A stretch of 64,000 nt of DNA from Candidatus Omnitrophota bacterium (lineage in GTDB: Bacteria; Omnitrophota; Gorgyraeia; Gygaellales; Profunditerraquicolaceae). Positions within the stretch are counted from its first letter, which is position 1; the number at the start of each line of letters is the position of its first letter. Shown here piece by piece: positions 1 to 10,141 of the stretch. The notes beneath the pieces were generated by a model. It was not told the origin of the DNA. It ran no database searches and saw only the letters and a program-made list of their open reading frames with translations. Both the position numbers and the translations under genes were made by a program. Location of the stretch: the NCBI GenBank assembly GCA_043823435.1, contig JBDRAV010000013.1:1012-65011 (forward strand). The letters run 5' to 3'.

Positions 1-1164
1 TTCAAAGTGGTTGTAGATCCATATGTAGGCAGGATTAATTATATCAGGGTATATTCCGGGACCCTCGAATCAGGTTCCAACATATATAATGTTTCTCGCA
101 GAGAGAAGGAGCGTGTGACTAAATTATTGAAGATGCATGCTAACCGTCAGGAGATAATTGATAGAGTTTCTACGGGCGATATTGCCGTAGCCGTAGGCCT
201 GAAAGAAACCAAGACAGGCGACACGCTTTGCGATGAATCTAGCCATATTCTTATCGAAGCGATGCGTTTCCCTGAGCCTGTAATCCAGCAAGCTATAGAG
301 CCTAAGACTAAACAGGCACAGGAAAAATTAGGTTTTGCTTTGCGTAAATTGGAAGATGAAGATCCTTCTTTTAAGGTGAAATATAACCATGAAACCGGCC
401 AGACTATAATTTCCGGAATGGGGCAGCTGCATCTAGAGATAATCATTGACCGCATAATGCGGGAGTTTAACGTGGAGGCGCAGGTCGGCATGCCGCAGGT
501 CGCATACCGGGAAACCATCACCAAAAAAGTAATCTCTATAGGAAAATTCATCCAGCAGAGCGGCGGGCGAGGGCAATACGGCCATGCGGTCCTGGAGATG
601 GCACCTCAGGAGACTCCGGGTTTAGGGATAACTTTTGAAGATAAGATAAGAAGCGGGTCTATACCGCGAGAATTTATACCTTCGGTAAAACAGGGCGTTA
701 TGGGTGCGGCGAAGAGCGGCGTATTAGCAGGATACCCGGTTACGGACGTTAAGGTCGAGTTAATAGACGGATCTTTTCATGAAGTTGATTCTTCGGAGCT
801 CGCATATCAGATGGCGGCATCCATAGCTTTTAACGACGGGCTGAAGAAAGCAGGTGCAGTTTTATTAGAACCTATTATGGACATGGAGATTGTCGTACCC
901 GAGGAATATATGGGCCAGATCATCGGGGACCTGAATTCACGCAGGGCCAAGATAACTTCCTTGACGGTACGGGCGAATGTGCGCGCGATTAGAGCATACG
1001 TGCCCTTAGCGGAAATATTCAATTACGCTACGGTATCGCGTTCTTTAACTCAAGGGCGTGCATCCTATACAATGGAGCCCTCATTTTATTCTGAGGTGCC
1101 TTCACATATAGCTGAAAAGATCACTACCGGTTTTGCATCCAGTGCTACAAGAAGAAGTCTTTAG
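1..1164 (+). CDS. fusA: Elongation factor G, C-terminal ~387 aa (5' end upstream of window)
   Basis: Frame 1 is open from base 1 ([20 protein letters not shown]...). EF-G domains II-V are recognisable. tuf follows, as in the str operon. Confidence 0.96.
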   Translation, partial: FKVVVDPYVGRINYIRVYSGTLESGSNIYNVSRREKERVTKLLKMHANRQEIIDRVSTGDIAVAVGLKETKTGDTLCDESSHILIEAMRFPEPVIQQAIEPKTKQAQEKLGFALRKLEDEDPSFKVKYNHETGQTIISGMGQLHLEIIIDRIMREFNVEAQVGMPQVAYRETITKKVISIGKFIQQSGGRGQYGHAVLEMAPQETPGLGITFEDKIRSGSIPREFIPSVKQGVMGAAKSGVLAGYPVTDVKVELIDGSFHEVDSSELAYQMAASIAFNDGLKKAGAVLLEPIMDMEIVVPEEYMGQIIGDLNSRRAKITSLTVRANVRAIRAYVPLAEIFNYATVSRSLTQGRASYTMEPSFYSEVPSHIAEKITTGFASSATRRSL

Positions 1165-1195
1165 GTTGAGGAGATTATAAAGAGGAGGTGCTAGA

Positions 1196-2398
1196 ATGGC
1201 TAAAGAGAAATTTGTAAGGACAAAACCGCATGTCAATATCGGCACTATTGGTCATATTGACCACGGTAAGACAACGCTGACGGCAGCTATTACAAAGGTA
1301 CTGTCAAAACTCGGTAAAGCCGTGGCAAGGGATTATGCAGATATCGCCAAGGGTGGTACGGTAAGAGACGAAACAAAAGTAGTCACCATTTCGGTCGCTC
1401 ACGTAGAGTATGAGACAGAGGCGCGCCACTATGCGCACATAGACTGCCCCGGCCATGCGGATTACATTAAGAACATGATCACCGGTGCCGCTCAGATGGA
1501 CGGAGCAATACTAGTAGTTTCCGCTGCCGACGGCCCGATGCCCCAGACAAGAGAGCATATCCTTCTGGCAAGGCAGGTAAACGTTCCGTCAATGGTCGTG
1601 TTCTTAAACAAGGTTGACCTGGTTACCGACGCAGAACTCCTTGATCTGGTTGAAATGGAAGTCAGGGAATTACTGACGAAATACGGTTATCCGGGAGACA
1701 AAACCCCTATTATTAAGGGTAGTGCATCAAAGGCTATGGCGACAGATGACCCGAATAGCCCCGAAGCCAAGCCTATCCTGGACCTGATGAAGGCAGTGGA
1801 TGAGTTTATCCCGATTCCTACGAGGGACCTGGATAAGCCTTTGCTGATGGCCGTAGAAGACGTATTCAGCATCGAAGGTAGAGGAACGGTCGGGACAGGG
1901 AGGATTGAACGCGGTAAGGTAAAAATAAACGAAGAAGTAGAGTTAATAGGTTTAAGGCCTGAAGTAAGAAAGACGGTTGTTACGGGCATAGAAATGTTCA
2001 GGAAGCTTTTGGATGAAGGCCAGGCAGGGGATAATGTGGGGTTGCTCCTACGCGGTGTGGATAAAGATAGCATTGAGCGCGGTATGGTCATTGCAGCTCC
2101 GAAGTCCATCACTCCGCATACAAAATTCAAAGCCCAGGTTTACATCTTATCCAAAGAAGAGGGCGGAAGGCATACTCCGTTCTTTGCCGGTTACAGGCCA
2201 CAGTTCTATTTCCGTACTACCGACGTTACCGGGAGCACGAAACTTCCCGAGGGAGTAGAAATGGTTATGCCCGGAGATAACGTAAACCTTGAAATAGAGT
2301 TGATTACTCCTATTGCCATGGAGAAAGAATCGCGTTTTGCTATCCGCGAAGGCGGACGCACTGTAGGCGCGGGCGTTGTTACCGAAATCGTGGCGTAA
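1196..2398 (+). CDS. tuf: Elongation factor Tu
   Basis: 400 aa with GTPase motifs [26 protein letters not shown] lies upstream. Confidence 0.98.
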   Translation: MAKEKFVRTKPHVNIGTIGHIDHGKTTLTAAITKVLSKLGKAVARDYADIAKGGTVRDETKVVTISVAHVEYETEARHYAHIDCPGHADYIKNMITGAAQMDGAILVVSAADGPMPQTREHILLARQVNVPSMVVFLNKVDLVTDAELLDLVEMEVRELLTKYGYPGDKTPIIKGSASKAMATDDPNSPEAKPILDLMKAVDEFIPIPTRDLDKPLLMAVEDVFSIEGRGTVGTGRIERGKVKINEEVELIGLRPEVRKTVVTGIEMFRKLLDEGQAGDNVGLLLRGVDKDSIERGMVIAAPKSITPHTKFKAQVYILSKEEGGRHTPFFAGYRPQFYFRTTDVTGSTKLPEGVEMVMPGDNVNLEIELITPIAMEKESRFAIREGGRTVGAGVVTEIVA

Positions 2399-2456
2399 AA
2401 AACGCCTTGATATTCTCAGCCTGCAAGATAAGAAGTCCAGGAGATTTGTAAAGAGT

Positions 2457-2762
2457 ATGGATACACAAAAGATTCGCATAAAACTTAAGGCTTACGATCA
2501 TCGTCTTTTGGATCAGGCGGTAGGAGAGATAGTAGAGACCGTAAAGAGGACGGGTGCTAAGATTTCAGGCCCGGTGCCGCTTCCCACAAAAAGGGAATTA
2601 TATACGGTGTTACGCTCTCCGGTTATCGATAAGAAATCGCGTGAACAGTTTGACCTGTCCACGCACAAGCGCCTTATCGATATATTCGAGCCTACCTCCA
2701 AGACGATCGATTCGTTAAGGAAGCTGAATCTGCCTGCAGGCGTTGATGTGGAAATTAAGTAA
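2457..2762 (+). CDS. rpsJ: 30S ribosomal protein S10
   Basis: The ORF-track start 2376 overlaps the tuf tail. The internal ATG at 2457 gives the canonical [19 protein letters not shown]... (101 aa). Confidence 0.95.
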   Translation: MDTQKIRIKLKAYDHRLLDQAVGEIVETVKRTGAKISGPVPLPTKRELYTVLRSPVIDKKSREQFDLSTHKRLIDIFEPTSKTIDSLRKLNLPAGVDVEIK

Positions 2763-2812
2763 GCGCACAACTTAGCGAGCTATAGGCGAGCTAAGTTGTA
2801 AGCGCGAACTTA
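2755..2812 (-). repeat. Hairpin-2 module of the bipartite intergenic repeat family, inverted orientation
   Basis: GCGCACAACTTAGC (2763-2776) pairs with GCTAAGTTGT-AA-GCGC (2790-2805). The reverse complement matches the consensus GCGC-nn-ACAACTTAGC...GCTAAGTTGTGCGC plus tail. The rpsJ stop lies in the tail. Confidence 0.7.
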
Positions 2813-2895
2813 TACATGATATTTTTTAAAAGACAAAGTCAGCGGAAAATATCAGGTATTAAGTGAGTCATGTGTAAAGTGAGAGTACGATTAAT

Positions 2896-3522
2896 ATGTC
2901 CGGAATATTAGGAAAAAAATTAGGTATGTCTCAGGTTTACATTGGAAACGATAGCAGGCTCCTTGCGGTTACGGTTATCGAGGCAGGGCCATGCCCTGTC
3001 TTAGCGGTAAAAGATAAGCATATTCAGCTTGGGTTTGATGCCGCGCGCGAGAAATCCCTTAAGAAACCGATCGCAAAATATTTCTCTAAATTGAATATCT
3101 CTCCCCGCAAAGTGATCAAGGAGGTTCTGAAGGAATCGGGAAAAGAATACAAGGTCGGCGAGGAAGTAAAAGTTGATTTGTTTAAGCCGGGAGATTTTGT
3201 GGATATAACCGGTACTTCGCTCGGAAAAGGGTTTCAGGGAGGCATGAAGCGCTGGAACTGGCACGGCGGTCCAAAAACACACGGATCTACTTCTCACCGC
3301 CGTATAGGTTCTCTGGGCGCAAGTACTACCCCGGGAAGGGTCTGGAAAGGTCAGCCTCTACCTGGCCATATGGGGGCGGCCAGGGTAACGGTGCAAAACC
3401 TGGAAGTTATAAAGGTGGATATCGAGAATAATCTTTTGTTAGTGAAAGGGGCTGTCCCGGGCCATAAGAATAATTATCTTATCGTTAAAAAGGCGAAGAA
3501 GAAGAAATCGAAGGCCAAGTGA
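2896..3522 (+). CDS. rplC: 50S ribosomal protein L3
   Basis: 208 aa, MSGILGKKLGMSQV..., GKGFQG motif. Correct S10-operon position. Confidence 0.95.
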   Translation: MSGILGKKLGMSQVYIGNDSRLLAVTVIEAGPCPVLAVKDKHIQLGFDAAREKSLKKPIAKYFSKLNISPRKVIKEVLKESGKEYKVGEEVKVDLFKPGDFVDITGTSLGKGFQGGMKRWNWHGGPKTHGSTSHRRIGSLGASTTPGRVWKGQPLPGHMGAARVTVQNLEVIKVDIENNLLLVKGAVPGHKNNYLIVKKAKKKKSKAK

Positions 3523-4151
3523 TGATAACCTTACCTATATATAATACGGCAGGCAAAGAAGTAGATTCTTTTAATCTGGACCGGGTGGTCTTTGACGGCA
3601 AGATTAATAAAGATGCCATGTTCCAGGTAGTGCTCGCGTACAGGGCAAACCAGAGGAAGGGATTGGCATCGACAAAGACCATGGGAGAGGTTTCAGGAGG
3701 CGGGCGTAAACCCTGGAGGCAGAAAGGTACCGGCCGCGCCAGAGTAGGGTCCATAAGGTCGCCATTATGGAGGCACGGTGGAGTTGTCTTTGCGCCTCAC
3801 CCGAGAGATTTCTCTTACTCTGTACCCGAGAAGATAAGAAGACTGGCGTTTAAATCCAGCCTTAACGCAAAAATAAAAGAAAATAATATTATTCTGCTTG
3901 ATAATTTTAAAATCGAGCAGCCAAAAACAAAGGAAACAGTTAAGATATTGTCCAACCTTAAGATAAAAACTGAGAAAACTCTCCTTTTGCTGGAAAAGTC
4001 AGATAATGCTATAAAATTAGCTTCGCGTAATATAAAGTACTTGGCTGTTAACCGGGCTCAGGATACCAACGTATACGAGGTTTTATCGGTAAATAAATTA
4101 ATTATTACAAAAGAGGCTTTGCGCGAGTTAACTAACAGGCTGAAAAAATGA
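3522..4151 (+). CDS. rplD: 50S ribosomal protein L4
   Basis: L4-like (GGGRKPWRQKGTGRAR). ATG at 3522 overlaps the rplC TGA. An in-frame GTG at 3519 is also possible. Confidence 0.93.
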   Translation: MITLPIYNTAGKEVDSFNLDRVVFDGKINKDAMFQVVLAYRANQRKGLASTKTMGEVSGGGRKPWRQKGTGRARVGSIRSPLWRHGGVVFAPHPRDFSYSVPEKIRRLAFKSSLNAKIKENNIILLDNFKIEQPKTKETVKILSNLKIKTEKTLLLLEKSDNAIKLASRNIKYLAVNRAQDTNVYEVLSVNKLIITKEALRELTNRLKK

Positions 4152-4429
4152 TACTTCTTTCCCACGAAGTAATAAAGGCGCTGCTGAGGACCGAAAAATC
4201 AATTTTATATGAACCATACGGACAGTATCTCTTTCTGGTAGATAAGACGGCTAACAAGATCCAGATCAAGCGCGCGGTAGAAGATGTATATAAAGTAAAG
4301 GTCAAGTCGGTAAACACGCTTATATCACCAGGAAAATTAAAAAAGGTGAGGTATCAGCTTGGGAAGACGCCGGATTCCAAGCAAGCGATAGTCACGTTAA
4401 AAGAAGGCCAAAAGATAGTAACGGCATAA
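4148..4429 (+). CDS. rplW: 50S ribosomal protein L23
   Basis: 93 aa, correct operon position, ATGA overlap with rplD. Confidence 0.92.
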   Translation: MILLSHEVIKALLRTEKSILYEPYGQYLFLVDKTANKIQIKRAVEDVYKVKVKSVNTLISPGKLKKVRYQLGKTPDSKQAIVTLKEGQKIVTA

Positions 4430-4435
4430 AAGACA

Positions 4436-5269
4436 ATGGGCATAAAAAAATATAATCCAACAACACCGTCAAGGCGATGGATGACCGGGAACGACTTTGC
4501 AGAGATTACGAAGGATAAACCCGAGAAATCATTAACCCTTCCGCTTAAAAGGACCGGAGGCAGAAATGCCTACGGACGTATAACCGTAAGGCACAGGGGT
4601 GGCGGTCATAAAAGGCTGTTGCGCATTATCGATTTCAAGAGGGATTTATTCGAAGTCCCTGCAAAGGTAATCGCGATCGAATATGACCCGAACCGGACAG
4701 CAAGACTCGCCCTGGTAGAGTATCCCGATAAGCAAAAAAGGTACATAATCTGCCCTGACGGATTAAAAGTAGGCAGCGAGATCATAACTTCCAACGAAAA
4801 GAGCGCGGAAATAAATATCGGGAATACCCTGCTTTTAAGGCATATTCCGTCCGGGACCATGATACATAATATTGAATTAGTCAAGGGCATGGGCGGACAG
4901 ATCGTAAGGAGTGCCGGTTCTTCCGCACAGATTATGGCTAAAGAAGGTGAGATAGCCCACGTAAAACTTCCTTCGGGAGAGGTGAGGCGTATAAACCTGG
5001 ATTGCCATGCCACTATAGGCCAGGTAAGCAATATAGAACACGAGGCGATCTCATGGGGTAAGGCAGGAAGGATGCGCTGGCGGGGCATAAGGCCGACCGT
5101 AAGGGGCCTGGCGATGAATCCCGTAGACCATCCTCATGGCGGAGGCGAGGGAAAGTCCGGGCAGGGTAATCCCCATCCCGTAACGCCGTGGGGCAAGCCA
5201 ACTAAGGGTTACAGAACAAGAAAAAGAAGGAAATATTCTGATAAATTCATTGTTAAGAGGAGAGGATAA
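4436..5269 (+). CDS. rplB: 50S ribosomal protein L2
   Basis: 277 aa, [19 protein letters not shown] and HPHGGGEG motifs. Confidence 0.97.
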   Translation: MGIKKYNPTTPSRRWMTGNDFAEITKDKPEKSLTLPLKRTGGRNAYGRITVRHRGGGHKRLLRIIDFKRDLFEVPAKVIAIEYDPNRTARLALVEYPDKQKRYIICPDGLKVGSEIITSNEKSAEINIGNTLLLRHIPSGTMIHNIELVKGMGGQIVRSAGSSAQIMAKEGEIAHVKLPSGEVRRINLDCHATIGQVSNIEHEAISWGKAGRMRWRGIRPTVRGLAMNPVDHPHGGGEGKSGQGNPHPVTPWGKPTKGYRTRKRRKYSDKFIVKRRG

Positions 5270-5272
5270 GAT

Positions 5273-5560
5273 ATGCCGCGTTCACTAAAAAAGGGTCCAT
5301 TTGTAGAGGGAAGATTGGTAATGAAAGCGGAAAGGGCACGGCGATCCGGAGTGCGCCAGGCGATAAAAACCTGGTCCAGACGCTCAACCATTATCCCGGA
5401 TTTCGTGGGCCTTACTTTCGCGGTATATGACGGGAAGAAACACGTACCTGTTTTTATTACCGAGAATATGGTCGGCCATAAACTTGGCGAAATGGCACCT
5501 ACTCGCATATTCAGGAAGCACGGAGGCGTGAAGGCCAAGAAGGCAGTGGAAAAGACATAG
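5273..5560 (+). CDS. rpsS: 30S ribosomal protein S19
   Basis: [11 protein letters not shown]..., 95 aa. Confidence 0.97.
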   Translation: MPRSLKKGPFVEGRLVMKAERARRSGVRQAIKTWSRRSTIIPDFVGLTFAVYDGKKHVPVFITENMVGHKLGEMAPTRIFRKHGGVKAKKAVEKT

Positions 5561-5561
5561 A

Positions 5562-5894
5562 ATGATAGCAAAAGCGCAGGTAAAATTCATAAGGATTTCT
5601 CCGACAAAAGTGAGGCAGGTAATAGACTTAATCCGTTATAAGGATATTATTTACGCGACAGCCCTGCTTAACAACCTGAATAAGGGGCCGCGTGCATACC
5701 TGCTGAAGATATTGAAGCAGGTAGTCGCTAATGCAAAAGTAAAAGGCTTCGAGCCCGGGAAACTTTACATATCTAAACTTGTCTGTAATGATGGCCCGAG
5801 ATGGAAGAGATTTAAGGCAGCTGCATTCGGAAGGGCAGCGCCTATAAAGAAAAGGACTTCACATATCATTATAGAACTGGATATAAAGGAGTAG
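5562..5894 (+). CDS. rplV: 50S ribosomal protein L22
   Basis: 110 aa, correct operon position, L22-like sequence. Confidence 0.94.
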   Translation: MIAKAQVKFIRISPTKVRQVIDLIRYKDIIYATALLNNLNKGPRAYLLKILKQVVANAKVKGFEPGKLYISKLVCNDGPRWKRFKAAAFGRAAPIKKRTSHIIIELDIKE

Positions 5895-5897
5895 TTA

Positions 5898-6590
5898 ATG
5901 GGACAGAAAGTACACCCTTTTATACAAAGAATAGGCGTTATCAGGACATGGCATAGCAGGTGGTTCGCCACTTCAAAGGAGTACGCGAAATTTATCAAGG
6001 AGGATTATGATATCAGGATGTTCATCAAGTCCAAGTTCAAGCAGGCGGCCATTTCAAAAATTATAATAGAGAGGCTTGCGGAACGCATCAGGATCAGGAT
6101 ATTCAGCGCAAGGCCGGGGTTAATAATAGGGCGCCACGGTTCGGATATTGAACGCTTGAGGGAAGATTTGAATAATATCCTTAAAAAAGAGCTCTCTATC
6201 GATATAGAAGAAGTAAAGAAACCCGCGCTGGATGCGCAATTAGTAGCCGAAAACGTGGCGTTGCAGCTTGAAAAAAGGATAGCGTTCCGTAGGGCGGTGA
6301 AACGCGCCATCGAACAGACAATGAACTCGGGGGCGGGGGGCATAAAGATAGTCGTTTCAGGCAGGCTCGGTGGCGCTGAGATGTCAAGGAGAGAGTCTTA
6401 TAAGCAGGGCAAGATCCCGTTGGCAACGTTACGCGCGGATATAGATTATGGTTTCGCAGAGAGCCTCACCACCTACGGCTTAATCGGGATAAAGGTCTGG
6501 CTTTATAAGGGCGATATACTTATCAAGAAGATCGTAAAAGAAACCGAAAATAAAGATTTAGAGTCGTCCGGTGCGCAAAATCCGGCTTAA
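5898..6590 (+). CDS. rpsC: 30S ribosomal protein S3
   Basis: MGQKVHP..., KH domain, 230 aa. Confidence 0.97.
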   Translation: MGQKVHPFIQRIGVIRTWHSRWFATSKEYAKFIKEDYDIRMFIKSKFKQAAISKIIIERLAERIRIRIFSARPGLIIGRHGSDIERLREDLNNILKKELSIDIEEVKKPALDAQLVAENVALQLEKRIAFRRAVKRAIEQTMNSGAGGIKIVVSGRLGGAEMSRRESYKQGKIPLATLRADIDYGFAESLTTYGLIGIKVWLYKGDILIKKIVKETENKDLESSGAQNPA

Positions 6591-6617
6591 TAAAGAGCGA
6601 GGATAAAAGTGGTTTTG

Positions 6618-7025
6618 ATGCCAAAGAGGGTTAAATACCGCAAGCTGCAGCGCGGGACCAAGAGGGGGGTTGCGACTTCCGGAGCGGAATTGGCTTTCGG
6701 CGAGTTCGGACTGAAGACGCTGGAGAACGGGTGGCTCAAGAATACCCAGATAGAGGCAGTCCGCGTGATCCTTGCCCGTCAACTGCACAGGGGCGGAAAG
6801 CTTTGGATAAGGGTATTCCCGGATAAGTCCATAACCAAGAAGCCTGCCGAAGTGCGTATGGGTAAAGGCAAGGGCGATCTTGATCACTGGGTTGCGGTAG
6901 TCAAAAGGGGCCGCGTTTTATTCGAATTAGGAGGTGTACCCGAAGAGTACGCGCGTAGATGTTTCCGGTTAGCAGCTTATAAACTGCCTTTTAAAGTAAA
7001 GTTCATAACACGCATGCACAGATAA
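6618..7025 (+). CDS. rplP: 50S ribosomal protein L16
   Basis: MPKRVKYRK... from ATG 6618. The ORF track uses an in-frame GTG at 6609. Confidence 0.94.
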   Translation: MPKRVKYRKLQRGTKRGVATSGAELAFGEFGLKTLENGWLKNTQIEAVRVILARQLHRGGKLWIRVFPDKSITKKPAEVRMGKGKGDLDHWVAVVKRGRVLFELGGVPEEYARRCFRLAAYKLPFKVKFITRMHR

Positions 7026-7030
7026 ATTAA

Positions 7031-7216
7031 ATGAAGACTAAAGACTTGCGTAATCTTTCCAAAGAAGAATTATTACAAAAAGAAAAAGCACTAAAGGAAG
7101 AGCTTTTTAAACTCAATATGCAGCGTTACGGCGGCAGGGTCGATAAGCCGCATATGTTCTCCCTGTTAAGGAAGGATATCGCAAGGATAGAGACCATATT
7201 ACACGAAAATAAATAA
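7031..7216 (+). CDS. rpmC: 50S ribosomal protein L29
   Basis: 61 aa, MKTKDLRNLSKEEL..., correct operon position. Confidence 0.9.
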   Translation: MKTKDLRNLSKEELLQKEKALKEELFKLNMQRYGGRVDKPHMFSLLRKDIARIETILHENK

Positions 7217-7239
7217 TCAACCGAAAGGTATAGTGCGAA

Positions 7240-7521
7240 ATGGGTAGAAGAAAGATTTTCACGGGTGAGGTTATAGCGGATAAGATGCAGAAGACCATCA
7301 TTGTCAGGGTAACCCAGATGAGCAAACATCACAAATACGGCAAGATTATCAGGAAGTATAATAAATTCAAAGCGCACGATGAGAAGAATTCGGCCAAGAC
7401 CGGAGATATGGTAAGGATAGAGGAGACTAGGCCGCTCTCCAGGGACAAGCGCTTTAGGTTGATCGAGATTACCAGAAAAGCCGAGATACCGCATGTCGAT
7501 ATCAAGGAGCAGGTAGAATGA
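7240..7521 (+). CDS. rpsQ: 30S ribosomal protein S17
   Basis: 93 aa, S17-like, correct operon position. Confidence 0.93.
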   Translation: MGRRKIFTGEVIADKMQKTIIVRVTQMSKHHKYGKIIRKYNKFKAHDEKNSAKTGDMVRIEETRPLSRDKRFRLIEITRKAEIPHVDIKEQVE

Positions 7522-7886
7522 TACAATTACGCAGTATACTTGATGTTGCTGATAATACCGGAGCAAAGAAGGCCTCATTTATTACTGTTTTCGGCAAGAA
7601 AAATTGCGCTTTTGCCGAATTGGGAGATATTATCAACGTAAATATAAAGGAATCCGCTCCCGAGGCAACCATAAAAAAAGGCGAAGTTGCCAAGGCAGTG
7701 CTGGTGAGAACAAAGAATCCGATAAGGCGCGCGGACGGCTCGATATTAAGGTTTAATCATAACGCCATCGTGTTCATAGACGCGCTGAAGAATCCCATAG
7801 GTACTCGCGTATTCGGTCCGGTAGCAAGGGAGTTGCGGGAGAAGAATTTTACCAAGATTATATCCCTGGCCCCGGAAGTCATTTAA
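7518..7886 (+). CDS. rplN: 50S ribosomal protein L14
   Basis: MIQLRSILDVADNTGAK..., 122 aa. Confidence 0.97.
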   Translation: MIQLRSILDVADNTGAKKASFITVFGKKNCAFAELGDIINVNIKESAPEATIKKGEVAKAVLVRTKNPIRRADGSILRFNHNAIVFIDALKNPIGTRVFGPVARELREKNFTKIISLAPEVI

Positions 7887-7895
7887 GGATTACAT

Positions 7896-8207
7896 ATGTT
7901 GAAAATAAGAAAAGGCGATACGGTAGAAGTGGTAAAAGGAAAGGATAAAGGCAAGAAAGGCAAAATCCTTAGGGTCTTACTTTCTGATAACCGCGCTATC
8001 GTAGAAGGGATAAACTTAGTAAAGAAGCACAGGCGGCGCAGTCGCGATGATGAAAAAGGTGGCATCGTGCCTATCGAGATGCCGATAAACATGGCTAATC
8101 TTATGCTTTTCTGCAAGAGTTGTAACCGCGGTAGAAGGGCGGGCTTTACAATCTTAAAAGACGCCAGCAAAGCAAGGATATGCAAAACCTGCAAAGAGGT
8201 GATTTAA
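7896..8207 (+). CDS. rplX: 50S ribosomal protein L24
   Basis: MLKIRKGDTVEVVKGKDKGK... (KOW motif), 103 aa. Confidence 0.93.
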   Translation: MLKIRKGDTVEVVKGKDKGKKGKILRVLLSDNRAIVEGINLVKKHRRRSRDDEKGGIVPIEMPINMANLMLFCKSCNRGRRAGFTILKDASKARICKTCKEVI

Positions 8208-8209
8208 AT

Positions 8210-8764
8210 ATGGTACCCCGTTTATTAGAAAAATACAGGAATGAAATAGTGCCCAAGATGATAGAGGTGTTCTCATTTAAGAACAGGATGGCGGTTCCGC
8301 GTATGGAAAAGATAGTGATAAATATGGGTATAGGGGAAGCCCTGCAGGATATCAAGATTTTAGAGAAGTCGATGGAAGAACTCGGCATGATCACCGGTCA
8401 GAAGCCAATTGTAAGGCGCACAAAAAAAGCGATCGCTAACTTCAAGATTAGGCAGGGGCAGGCTATTGGGTGCAAGGTTACCCTCAGGCGCAAGATGATG
8501 TATGAATTTCTGGACAGATTAATAAGCATAGCCCTGCCGCGTATCCGTGACTTCAGGGGAATATCTCCAGATTCATTTGACCAGGCATGGAATTATACAT
8601 TAGGCATGACCGAACAGGGCATATTCCCAGAGATAGATTTTGACAAGGTAAGCAGGACACAGGGCATGGATATAACCTTTGTGATTAAAAATTCGGGATC
8701 CAAGGAAGAATCCATGGAACTGCTAAAATTGTTCGGTATGCCTTTCGGCACAGGAGAAGACTAA
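8210..8764 (+). CDS. rplE: 50S ribosomal protein L5
   Basis: The ORF-track start 8180 overlaps rplX. ATG at 8210 gives MVPRLLEKYRNEIVPKM..., a typical L5 N-terminus. Confidence 0.95.
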   Translation: MVPRLLEKYRNEIVPKMIEVFSFKNRMAVPRMEKIVINMGIGEALQDIKILEKSMEELGMITGQKPIVRRTKKAIANFKIRQGQAIGCKVTLRRKMMYEFLDRLISIALPRIRDFRGISPDSFDQAWNYTLGMTEQGIFPEIDFDKVSRTQGMDITFVIKNSGSKEESMELLKLFGMPFGTGED

Positions 8765-8780
8765 AAAGAGGATATAAGTT

Positions 8781-8966
8781 ATGGCCAAGAATTCACAGAT
8801 AGCAAGATGGAAGAGACCGGCTAAGTTTTCCGCGCGCAAATATAACCGTTGTGCTATCTGCGGAAGGGCCGGAGGTTATTTAAGAAGATTCCGGCTTTGC
8901 CGTATCTGCTTCAGGGAACTGGCCTGGCAGGGCCTGATACCCGGAGTAAAAAAGGCAAGCTGGTAA
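8781..8966 (+). CDS. rpsZ: 30S ribosomal protein S14, zinc-binding type Z
   Basis: 61 aa with CAICGRAGG...CRICFRE (CxxC...CxxC). Confidence 0.93.
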   Translation: MAKNSQIARWKRPAKFSARKYNRCAICGRAGGYLRRFRLCRICFRELAWQGLIPGVKKASW

Positions 8967-8994
8967 TAAATAAAAATACGGAATTGGGGGCAAA

Positions 8995-9390
8995 ATGTCT
9001 CGGACGGATTTGATAGCAGATACATTTACCATGATTCGTAATGCCATAATGGCAAAAAAAGAAAATCTTGATGTACCCGCATCCAAACAGATAAAGTCTA
9101 TTATGGAGATATTAAAGAAAGAGGGCTATATTGATAATTTCAAGCTTATTGATGAAGAAAAGCGCAGCCGCTTGAGGATTTATTTAAAATACGTATTGGG
9201 TAAATCTGCCATAAAAAGTATAAAGCGCATTTCGAAGCCGAGCCTACGCGTATACGTGAACCACTCAAAGATCCCCCGTGTCTTAAGGGGAAAAGGTCTG
9301 GCGATTATTTCTACATCTAAAGGCATAACAACCGACGCAGAGGCCAGGAAACTGGGCCAGGGCGGGGAAGTTGTCGGCTATATCTGGTAA
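8995..9390 (+). CDS. rpsH: 30S ribosomal protein S8
   Basis: 131 aa, S8-like (DTFTMIRNA...), correct operon position. Confidence 0.95.
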   Translation: MSRTDLIADTFTMIRNAIMAKKENLDVPASKQIKSIMEILKKEGYIDNFKLIDEEKRSRLRIYLKYVLGKSAIKSIKRISKPSLRVYVNHSKIPRVLRGKGLAIISTSKGITTDAEARKLGQGGEVVGYIW

Positions 9391-9406
9391 GCGAGGTTAG
9401 AGGACC

Positions 9407-9958
9407 ATGTCAAGAATAGGAAAGAAACCTATAGTTATTCCGAAAGAAGTTAAGGTTGAGGTCATGGAAGGCGGGATGGTTTCGGTATCGGGCCCGAAAG
9501 GTAATTTGTCCTTGCGGATATCTGAGCGCATATCCGCGGAAATAAAAGATGGCCAGCTTGTTTTGATTAGAAGGTCTGATATTAAACCGGATAAGTCCCT
9601 CCACGGGCTTTATCGCGCCCTGATCTACAATATGATTAAAGGTGTCACAGAAGGATATGTAAGGGAACTTGAGATAATTGGCGTGGGATTCCGCGCCCAG
9701 GTCCAGGGGGGTAATTTAAATATGCAACTAGGTTTTTCCCATCCCGTTATTTTCTCCATTCCTGAAGGCGTAACGATAGAGACGCCCAAACATACGCAGA
9801 TCATAATAAAGGGGATCGATAAAGAGAAGGTCGGTGAGGTAGCTTCTGAGATACGCGCCGTATGTCCTCCGGAGCCATACAAAGGAAAAGGCATACGCTA
9901 TGCCGGAGAATACATAAAGAAGAAGGTCGGTAAGGCGCAGGCGACGGCATCCAAATAA
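9407..9958 (+). CDS. rplF: 50S ribosomal protein L6
   Basis: MSRIGKKPIVIPKEVKV..., 183 aa. Confidence 0.95.
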   Translation: MSRIGKKPIVIPKEVKVEVMEGGMVSVSGPKGNLSLRISERISAEIKDGQLVLIRRSDIKPDKSLHGLYRALIYNMIKGVTEGYVRELEIIGVGFRAQVQGGNLNMQLGFSHPVIFSIPEGVTIETPKHTQIIIKGIDKEKVGEVASEIRAVCPPEPYKGKGIRYAGEYIKKKVGKAQATASK

Positions 9959-10138
9959 GTGAGGACATAAGTTATGGAGTGTTATATTAATATGAATAAT
10001 AATGCAAACGACATAACTTATCTGTCCGAACTTACACCTGACATTTCTGGAATACAAATCAATTCGAGAATGTCAGGTGTTAATTCGCGCATACAACTTA
10101 CGTCGCAGTTTTTGTTCCGTAAGTTGTGCGCTCATTAA
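9959..10138 (+). repeat. Composite copy of the bipartite intergenic repeat (rplF|rplR junction)
   Basis: Canonical linker and hairpin 2: TAATTC, then GCGCATACAACTTACG (10087-10102) / CGTAAGTTGTGCGC (10118-10131), then TCATTAA. Hairpin 1 is replaced by a perfect 12-bp stem (10034-10045 / 10069-10080). The 5' block GTGAGGACATAAGTTATG is shared with 42880. Confidence 0.75.
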
Positions 10139-10141
10139 ACC

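Noticed and set aside
10087-10131. Integron attC-like site (imperfect palindrome with bulged bases; arms ATACAAC...GTTGTGC resemble RYYYAAC/GTTRRRY)
   Set aside because: The core matches are imperfect. No intI or attI is in the window. The flanked 'cassettes' are ribosomal and central-metabolism genes in canonical operon order, not promoterless accessory cassettes.
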